64,000 nucleotides of DNA from Catajapyx aquilonaris. Lineage: Eukaryota. The stretch is taken from positions 1 through 64,000 of the forward strand of contig KZ537959.1 of NCBI GenBank assembly GCA_000934665.2, in the 5' to 3' direction. The notes beneath the pieces were generated by a model. The model was not told the origin of the DNA and ran no database searches. It saw only the letters and a list, made by a program, of their open reading frames with translations. The position numbers and the translations under genes are program-made. This document shows, piece after piece, positions 26,401-35,948 of this stretch. How positions within the stretch are numbered: position 1 is the first letter of the stretch; each line of letters opens with the position of its first letter.

Positions 26401-26814
26401 GAGCTCGACGACAACGTTCGTCGCTCAATGCTGCTGCAGCATTAAAGGGTTGCCCCTGCAGGGAGGGCATCATGCTTGACGTACCTGCATAATGGTTGGC
26501 TTGTGGTCAGGATGCGACTCCCAGCCTCGCGCAATGACAACAGCTGGCAAATTATACAATGGCATCTTATGTAACAGTAAGGCGGCATGGACTGAGCAAT
26601 TTGGGAATCACGAGAAAATCAATCAACAACAAATGCCGCTCGAAATGGAGTGTTGTTAGGAACATATTGTTTGGCAGTAACAATGTTGACACTCACCCAT
26701 GTCTGCTATGGAAGCGGCAGAAGCGGCGTGGAAGAGAAGGGTTGATAGAGTGACTATCTGCAGGGTGATTGGCGTGGCCCTCCAGCAGGTGTAGGGCGGG
26801 TCGGCCATGGTCAT
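17476..26814 (-). CDS. Type-I membrane protein: signal peptide, SUEL/Gal-lectin-like domain, CUB, CCP/sushi, TM, short tail; ~491 aa, 5 exons
   Basis: Exons 26814-26697 (MTMADPP...IVTLSTLLFHAASAASIADM), 26147-25847 (EVREAVGCSWGHLRLWCPDPKKIGVVSA...), 22078-21975 (RCSGRSTCNF...VIIRYVC), 19654-18890 (CUB: CNEEIEAGEGFLSNPTYPRYY...ECWWRI; sushi: CPTPPSPVDG...WNDTVPDC) and 17663-17476 (TM VILPSAIMAVLFFINAVILLVIF, RRK, TGA). All GT-AG; phases 1,2,1,1; total 1476 nt in frame. Confidence 0.85.
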
Positions 26815-27722
26815 CCTTCCCGCCCAATGTCATCCTGCGAACTGCCAAACACTCGCCTCATGTTGCGTCCCTGCGCGACGGACGGGCCCAGTATACTACA
26901 CCCGACTCAACGGCGGGTCGGGTCCATCCATTGGCTCCCGAAGTGGGTTGGCGCCACTACGCGACCCTGCCGCTCGATACGGGACCTCAGTCAGCCGTGT
27001 TTGCCCGCCATCTCTGGGTTCCAATCAAACCAATCAGGACTTTACAACTATGGAATTGATCATGTTTGGCTATATTGAAAGGTGTTGAGTAGCATTGTTG
27101 GCTTTTATTAATCTTGTGCTGGCTGAAGAATCAGCGCTCAGAAGTTTATTAGGGTGCAAAATGGTGCAAAAGGATTGTGGTTTGGGGCTCATATTCGTTT
27201 ATATCGGGAACATTTGGATTATAATTATTCAATTCAATGATGGTGAAATAATATTGTGCGGAAGTTTACATGACTGTTTTTATTGCTGCGCCAGAGTACA
27301 TAATTTAGACACGAGGTAGAATATAACCGGAAGTATGTAGGCTACTATTGGGACTGCAAATGACAAATTTTATGTAGGCTATTGTGGTCAATATTTAAGT
27401 TCAAGCCTAAGGAATACGAAATCATGAGTTGATCTTACTTGAAGTGTTTAGACTCTCTCTTGACGTCTTATTACATTATCAGAGGTTTCTCTTTGTCATT
27501 TCCGACATTGGAATGCATATTTTAAAACTACTGTACTTAACATGTTTGTTACACTATAGGCTACACATGATCTCTTCGAAAGGCACAAACAGGAAATATA
27601 CTGTCAATATTGAAAATTAAGAAACATATTAGGAGAATTTTTCTTGAACGTGGCTGTTAATTCTTTATCAGCAGATTTTATTCGACTTCTACTTTCCACT
27701 GTTCCACTTGACCCAAAACTCA

Positions 27723-28669
27723 TCACGTAAACTCGGGGCATTCCTGTAAAAATTAGAGAAAAGTGGGTAGACTATACTGTATAGGATGTGTCAACAAGTG
27801 ATAGGCCTGCTATCAGACCCATTTCGGCAGTTAATACGAAATAAACATTTTCTGCCCGAAATGAAAGGGTTAGAGAATGGTAAATGAGTACCTTTGCCAT
27901 GGCGTCCTTGAAGCACGTGCCTATTTTAATGTAAGACTTGCACGATTTATCTTCATGTGGATCCACATTGGGTCCGTGCGTCTTGAGGCATTCAATTTGA
28001 CCCATCATCATCTTCCTTAAACCTTCGTACTCTTTGCCCTTAGGAATTTTCTTGAATACGTATGCCACAGCTTTTGTATGGTCGGGGAGGCCCGCTTCAT
28101 TAGTCTGTAATAGCATTTTACGTATTTCACATATGAATATCCTGAACAACGACGAAATTGCTGCACAGTACATTTGCTATGATCAAAGTTACTTACGAAA
28201 TGCATGGCCTTCATTGTGCATTGCACCATGCACTGTAGAGTGATAAAATAAAACATATGACATTAAAAATTTCTCATAGGTTTGTGAAAGTATGAAGTGA
28301 CCCATCTTGAAAGGTCTTTGGGTAGAGCAATATTTACATAAGGTGTGGCTGTACCAACGTAGTCCAAGTAACATTGATAGGCTTCACCCATATCGTCCAT
28401 AAAGCCGTCAGGAATTTCACAATCGACTGCCTGTAATACCACACACATTGTGAAATAGAATTTCATAATCGTGTTTCCAAATGAATGTATGAATATGAAA
28501 AAATGTGCAATATGTCTTAGTCTTTGTTATTGCTTTTGAAAAGCTACTCAAAGGTAAAAAACTAAAAATATAATCTTTCATCAAAAAAGGATCATAAAAC
28601 ACTGTGACTCACATACGCCACAGCGACGATGGCCAAGAGGGCAAGTAAATAGTGCAGCTCCAGTGTCAT
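27723..28669 (-). CDS. Odorant-binding protein-like secreted protein A (8 Cys), 139 aa, 5 exons
   Basis: Exons 28669-28613 (signal MTLELHYLLALLAIVAVAY), 28430-28338 (AVDCEIPDGFMDDMGEAYQCYLDYVGTATPY), 28232-28197 (CMVQCTMKAMHF), 28104-27892 (TNEAGLPD...IECLK...KSCKSYIKIGTCFKDAMAK) and 27743-27723 (ECPEFT*). All introns phase 0. OBP hallmarks C-X3-C and C-X8-C; AATAAA ~40 nt downstream. Confidence 0.85.
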
Positions 28670-30007
28670 CTCTGAAAAGAGGATGGAACACTCCCGACCC
28701 ACAATAAATATTTGTAGTCCGGATGTGGTTCAGACGGAGAGAGGAAGGGGACAGATCATGACGTTTGCTTTTGATCCACAATCTGCAGGATCATATCAGA
28801 TATACTGAAAATTTCTGTGTTGAAAAGGCCGCATTTTAACATTATGGCAACATTGGAATGCTTTTACTTTTACGCCGCCTTATTCAAGTGCACGTACGTA
28901 GATACCCCTGACAAGGCTGGATAAAATTAATGTGACTTTATTAACGAATTTTACATGTTCCATTGTACGATCATCGATAATAACAGTACACTGTGCAGGC
29001 TTGTAATGCTGTATAGGGAATTAGTGAAAGAGTTATGATAACCTGGCAATGAATATAATTATGCACATTGTCCACTACATTGTAAATTTTACAATTCCTC
29101 TCAGGTAGCACACTAGATAACTATAAATATTATGGACAAATATAAAACAGTGTAACTATTTCCCAAGTCGTAGATCAATCTCGTGAATATCGTGATCTAG
29201 ACACTTGATACAATGAATGACGTAGTTTGATGGCGGAAGAGTGTACCAAACACGATCGTCTCGCAACTTCCGGAGCGTGCGAATGATCAGGGTCGATAAA
29301 AGAACCAAGCTTTGTATTTGTTGTAGTTATTTTTCTTTGGTCTCGACGAATGGCGACGATGATTACAATGACAGGAAGATTACAGGCCTCGGCTACATTG
29401 AGGATGCAGTGTGTTATGGATGGGCCGTTCCCAGCAGACACGAAGTGTTGTTATCTAAAGTACATTTACTGTGATACGTAAGAAACGTTAAATCACTGTG
29501 TGACTTTTGCAGTGTTGGGGAAGATAACGAAAATGTGCACATAAGGCGGACTAGATATCTGAAGGATTTAAAATCTAGATAATTATGCATCTAGAATTTC
29601 TAGATCTTTCATTATTGGAGTATTTATATACAGTACTGCTCATTTGGATGTAGGTCACTGCCTTTCGATAGGTCTATTTAGCCTACTACTTTGCATAACG
29701 TCAAGCATGCCCAGAAAAATTATATGAAAGAAAATATTTAGGGGATCTTATACATTATATTGCGAAATTTTTAAACGGCGCGGTTAATGAATGACGATGC
29801 ATGTGATTTTTGCCAAGATTTTAAAATGTTTTTAAATATGAGGAAGAGCTTGTTATCTATATGCAATTTTCCCAATTAGCTTGAAATTGATTTTTTTTTT
29901 GTATTTTCACAGTTGGATGATACGGCCTTAAATCACGTTCATTGGTTTTCCCCCTTAAAACTATAAAAAAATCATTTTTCTTTCTCCTTTGATTTCTGAC
30001 ATGATAT

Positions 30008-30406
30008 CTTCCTGTGAGACCAGAGAAAATTTTTGTAACACAATATGTCAGTTCCTGTTGCATTTTCCGAACATTTTGCCAATAAGAAACGAGAAGAAAA
30101 ATTACATTTCTAAAATGTTGACACAAATATTGACAAAAAAAAAACAACCAGTGTCCTCCTATGAGGACATTAGGACTCCATTGTTGCCACAAAAGCAGAA
30201 CAGATGAATGGGAAAAGTTAAATTATGCAAGGGGTTATTCACTTACAATTTTTGCGCACACGGACTACCGGACTACCCCGGTCTACCTCGGACTACCCTC
30301 AGACTTCCTTCGGGCTACCCTCGAAGGTGTACACGGCTACCCTTAGTGAATAACCCCTCGGTTAACTGCCACTTAGTGGATCACTCACAAACGAGGTCTC
30401 AGGAAG
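30008..30406. mobile_element. ATAT-flanked TIR element with nested small MITE (30231-30357)
   Basis: TIR cttcctgtgagacc / ggtctcaggaag with ATAT on both flanks; body homologous to 50332-50550; internal IR ggggttattcact / agtgaataacccc is absent from the other copy. Confidence 0.65.
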
Positions 30407-31180
30407 ATATGCAGCAGGAGACCACGAAGGCTTAGCTCTTCATGAGCCCAAAATGTCTGTTTTATGTTGCATATTTTAAAACAATATGTTATTTGTACAA
30501 TAACATACGTATTCAGCGCGCGAGGTGGATGGCAACCACCCAAATATAATATTTTGGGAAATATATTTTCAGTTACAGTATTTCTGTCGCAAAAACTAAT
30601 TCAATTTCAGGACCATTAGTTGAATTACTTGACAGTTTTTAGTTGAAGTATTGAAAGCACTGAAAGTTCAGAGAAAAACAAAATTACCTGACTGATCTTG
30701 TGAAGTTATATTTTTATGTAGAGTGACTGTTAATCATAGGGTCATCTTTTTCACGGTTGATATAGGGTTTAAATATGATGTTATACAATATGATTCTCCA
30801 TACATTTTTCTAAGAGGAAATTTCGTAAGTGGTTACTCGGGGGAGCACAATGGGACTCCTGATTATCCTTGTGTTACACATAGAATCATATTAGTACCTA
30901 CAGTATATTGCCAATATTTCTGCACAATCTTGTTTCAGTGTTAGGCTACTAACAACAGTATGAAATATAGGGGAAGAAGAAAGTCGCGTCATAGGGGTGT
31001 CATTAGTAAAACATGATTGTTGAAACCAATATTATTGTACCAATTGCAGAGTCGACTTTATTTTTAAAATTGCTGCGATGCGTCAGTTAATTTCAATGTA
31101 GCATTGTCGACCGATGTTTCGCAATATGTATTGCATTAACGCAGGAACAACGTTGTCCTTGTACAGTAGCTGCGATTAAT

Positions 31181-32806
31181 TTAGCTGTCACTTAGGTCCG
31201 GGCAATTCTGCAAGTGAATAACACACATTAAGGGCCATTTAAAATTAAGACTACTCTAAAAATAATGTAAATAGGAATAAATACTTTATCAACGGAAGCC
31301 TTCATGCATAATCCCAGCTTCTTATAACTGAGACAATCGATGCGGTCTTTTGGATCAACTTGAGATCCATATTTTTTTACGCAGTCCAAGAAGCCGACAT
31401 TCATCTTTCTGAAACCCTCGTATATTTTGTCCTTGTTCAGGCCATCAACTTTTCTTTTTATTATATCGTAGTCCGGATGGCCCTGTTTATTTATCTGCCA
31501 GGCACGCGCAAAATGAAATGCCATAAATACAGTAATAGTGCGCACATTATCATTTTGCATTTAGATATACACACTTACCAGTTTCATGGCTTCCAAGGCG
31601 CAAGGCGTGATGCACTGCATTAAGAACGAAGATAATAAGATTAAAATAGCAAAGTCACAATGGAAGAGAAATAAATTGGGATATAGAGGCCTATAAGTGT
31701 CTGACGATTATAGCACTACTAAAACAGTTAAAAGATCAGGTAGGACAGGGTACAAAACACACTCCACAACAACTAAGTCAAAAATGAAGCTCTCAAAATG
31801 CACTTGTAACAGTAGGTCTACTTATATTTTAGGCAGCCAACTAATTAGGTAAAAATCGTTGAACCATGTTAAGTTCCTACAGAGCCTAGCCTAAATATTT
31901 ATATTTTTATTTTATTTAACCGTGGAACCGTGACGTGGGGGCTTTTCGGACCCCATCCATATTTTCATTTTTATTAATTATTAATTTATTATATATAATA
32001 CTTTTCAATGTTGGCCCTATTGACTATATACAATCAGTCATTGAACAATGCCTAAAATGATCGCTAATTCATAATAAACATGCACTTCCTGTTATATACT
32101 GTAAAATGGCAAAAGTTCATTGACATTTTCTTTTTAATGCATTTTAATTCCTTTGGAGTCCTGAAAGACCCCACGTCACGGTTCCAGGGTTAAGTAACCC
32201 CATTGGAGGGCGGGGCCCTTTTAGGTGGAGCCTAGCCTAAATATCACAGAGACTCAGAGAGTATAATAATTATACAGACCTATTAAAAATAAGCATCAGA
32301 CGTTATTATGTCAACTCCAATAAATTTTGATGTGCTAATATTATACGTTAATTATACGTTATACTCGTAAGAGTAAGATTATGCTACTTACCCATGGGTG
32401 GGCTCTGTGATCCAAATAGCACTGGTACGCAGTTCCTAGCTCATCCAATAACTCTTCGGGAAGTTCGCAACATTTGACCTGAAACATAAGTGCATTCAGT
32501 TGTGCAAATACTCCGTGCACACAATTTGCACTTTCTTTGAGCTTGGAATTTTCGAATGGAATTTCGAGAATTTAGAAATGATATGCAGATATTTAAAAAC
32601 CGATGATAAAGATTGGCGGGATTTAACTATGGCATAATGTTTGCTAATAATTTAGTTTACAATACTATAACACAGTTAAAAATGCCACATTAGCATCTAC
32701 AAGCTACATTATTTTCATCTTTGTTCTCAGTCCTATGCATACTCACAAATGAAATAGCTGCGATGATTGACAGCGAAGCGGAAAATAGCTTCAACGAATG
32801 AGACAT
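31181..32806 (-). CDS. Odorant-binding protein-like secreted protein B (8 mature Cys), 139 aa, 5 exons; tandem paralog of A
   Basis: Exons 32806-32747 (MSHSLKLFSASLSIIAAISF), 32478-32392 (VKCCELPEELLDELGTAYQCYLDHRAHPW), 31614-31579 (CITPCALEAMKL), 31494-31285 (INKQGHPD...LDCVKK...IDCLSYKKLGLCMKASVDK) and 31207-31181 (NCPDLSDS*). Same exon structure, phases and Cys pattern as A. Confidence 0.87.
31920..32189. mobile_element. piggyBac-type MITE
   Basis: TTAA on both sides; TIR ccgtggaaccgtgacgtggggg / ccccacgtcacggttccaggg; in OBP-B intron 2. Confidence 0.85.
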
Positions 32807-33919
32807 ATCTAAAGACTAAAACTAGGCGTAGTGTGTCGTTTATATGTATTCGGGAGTATGAATGGGCTGAACCGCTCAATGAATATGCATTCACTTTGTG
32901 CGAAATAACACAGTAGATATGAGGCAAAGAAAGGCAGCAATTGGGTGGGCCCTAAGAATCCTCCGGCACGCGCCGGCACGCAGCCTGTGCCATTAGGATG
33001 AGATAGCAGGATATTTTGTCACGAGAAGGATGCATCAGATTAACAAATATATTAATACAGCATGGCTTGTTAGCCTCAGTACAGTAGGCTACTTAAATAA
33101 TTTTAAAACTAATACCACGGAATATTGTATCAGACATTTCCTGCAGTCCTAGTCAGAAAAAAGGATATGGTTGAGACGTTTAGAGTGTGCCCGTGCTTTG
33201 AATTATTATTTAGGCAATTTGTTAAAATGTGGAGGACCAGAAATAACAACATCAGAACCATGTTCACACGTAACCAAAGTGGATTTGTTCATTGCAAAAG
33301 GTCGCGCTTAAACAAATTACCTTGGCATAAAATATGAATGAGGAGCGTAAACTGAATGATGGTTGATATGATCGCACTCGCATGGCAGTCGCGTGGACTG
33401 GATTGAGATACGTGGCTATGATTCGAAAAAACCAGGAATTTGATAAGGGCATAAGGCAATATTTCACAATATCCGAGGAAGTGAGTAATTTTCATAGAGC
33501 GTCGGCATTATTTGATGTGGGCATCTAGCTCTATACTAGTATATAGGATATTCAGCAATGTGAAAGTCGTGTCGATAAATGCGTCTTTGAAATTATACGT
33601 CATCTCGAGCCTGTTATTAGGCCATCTAAAATGTATGGCGGTAAAATCCCGAGGAAAAAAGAAGCAATGTTATTTTCACTTTATCTTGACTTGTCATGGA
33701 ACACTGATGCTTGCCATGGAAATTTTCATTGGCAAAATTACTTCTTAGTCATTTATTGCTAGAAGTTATTCCTGCCTTTAGACGTCAGGTGACACATAAT
33801 TATACAGTACTTTTTCATATCTAATTGACCTTCCCATGTTACTAATAAATCGACGAATTACCTTAGCAGATTTTTCCCTAGTCCGCTAGTCGTATTACAA
33901 CAGTCACATCAGAAACATC

Positions 33920-34256
33920 ATCTTCTTCTTTTTCATTACCCCACGGGGGGAGCTATCTACTCCTTAGGGGGGGTGGATTACCACCATTGGTAGTTGTTTG
34001 GAGCGTGTTAAGAGAATCTTATTAATTACTCCAAGGGTTGGTAGGAGGGGATGTGCAAAGTGCATGTGCGCTGTCGTTGAGTGGTCATTTTGTGAACTCC
34101 CCCGGGTGGATTAGTCTTTAGGAAATTTCCACCCGAAATGAAGCCAGAGATGGCCCAACTCTGCACCGATAAAGGTGGGAACCCCGGGTGGGGATTGAAC
34201 CCGGAACCTTCATATCCGTGGGCGCACGCGTTACCGCGACGCCACTTCATCTCCCT
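33920..34256 (-). mobile_element. tRNA-derived SINE
   Basis: Minus-strand head with A-box-like tggcgtcgcggt and B-box ggttcaatccc, (GAA)n-like tail, flanking direct repeat GAAACATC; related head at ~53960-54020. Confidence 0.75.
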
Positions 34257-35948
34257 GAAACATCCTTTTTAAAACCCCCCTTTTTGTCATGTACGCGTAA
34301 AAGAAATTTTTTGTAAAGTGCTATAGGCAGCACTGTTAAAATTTTTAATTCTGACAAACAAGAACACTCCAGTTGCAAAAGTAGGAGACCTAATATCACA
34401 TCATAAATGGGCTGCATAGTGTTAAGTATCAAGCAGCCTACTAGTAATTTGTTTAGGGCTCCAGTCTGGGCCAGATCTACTGTCTGGACAATGGAGGTAA
34501 CTTGCCCTTAGGGTAACTTGTTTACTTTTACCAGTTTAGCCTGTGGGTAAGTGACATCCAATGGCCAGACCTGGACATCATCTTATAGGTGTACCTACCA
34601 TCTTCCTATTTCTAGTCCCCATGTCCTGGAAAATGCAGAACAATTGATTAAGGCTCATTTACATGTGGCCACAGCTAGCAAAACCTAAGTGCGGCCTGCC
34701 AATCAGCATTGAGATTGGCCAGCTGCAGCACATAGGAGGCAATGCATGGTGGGCCACACTCATATTTTGCTAACAATGGCCTCGTAACTAGCCCTCTACC
34801 ATGGTATAATTGGCTGGAAGTTCAACATTGTGGTGCAGTGGGCTGAAAGCATAACCTGAAATGCTTGTACAAAGGCTACACAATATGAAAATGAAAGACG
34901 CAGTGATAAAAAACTACCCGACGGTTTTTAATCCATGCTGGTCACCCAACACTCAGATTAAAAATAATCACAACGCTTCCAAACAACTCATCACATTGGT
35001 ACACATTTTTAAAGAGTGCCCTAGAGACTGCAATTTATTTATGGTATAATATACTGTATTACTAGCTATATGTTGCACATACTATACGTTATTATCACAA
35101 TATCTTGGTAATTGGGCAATAAAAAGTACGAGCCATTATAATGTGTTGAACACTACCAAATTGTACATAAAAATACAGCAAAATGAACTACAGTTTTAAG
35201 GAATTCAGACTGGTGTAATAATCTCATCTCATTTTCTTTGGCACACACCTCACACAGTTTTCCATTTTGTACTTGGGCCATAGCCTCATATTATGCCTTG
35301 TCGTTCTCTCTTCAATTGCAGGTACATAACATCCGATTCTAATACGTATTGCTCAAATACTACATGCTTTCATGGTTTAGCTCACATCCATATTATCAGT
35401 TGAAATGTTGCAGACTCAGCTGTGTCAAGTTGGTATTCCCGAGACTGTCAATTTTAGCAGGTGAGAACTGATTTCTAGTTCCCCTATGCAACTACTTTAC
35501 TCCCTTTCTCCTCCCTTTTTTCTTCCCCTGAGGGACCAACAGGTCTTGTGAGCCTGTTACATTTCTGAAGATGTGTCTGTGAGCCAAATATTATGCAACA
35601 TGTGGTATAACTACTAGTACCGTTTCAGTCTTTTTCAACCCAAATCAGGCCCGTTTTGACTAAGTACATACAGCACAGCACCTAACCAATTCTTGAATTC
35701 AAGTCAGGTACTCGTTTACATACACATCTAATTCTCCTCGACATTTTCCTCATCTTTCCCTCAATTATGCAATTTCGAGCAAATTTTCTTCTACTTAATG
35801 TGCCGTGTGAGTGGTGTGGTAATTAGCATACAATAGCTTCTCGTCCTACACATAGTTGGTAAATACTGTAGTAAGTTGCAGGTGGAACAGTAAGGGAAGC
35901 TGAGCGACCTCATGGCCAGGTGAGGAAGAGGTCGAGGAGTAGGATGGG

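Noticed and set aside
34180..34250. tRNA-like A/B boxes
   Set aside because: No full cloverleaf; has a tail and TSD, so it is a SINE head rather than a tRNA gene.
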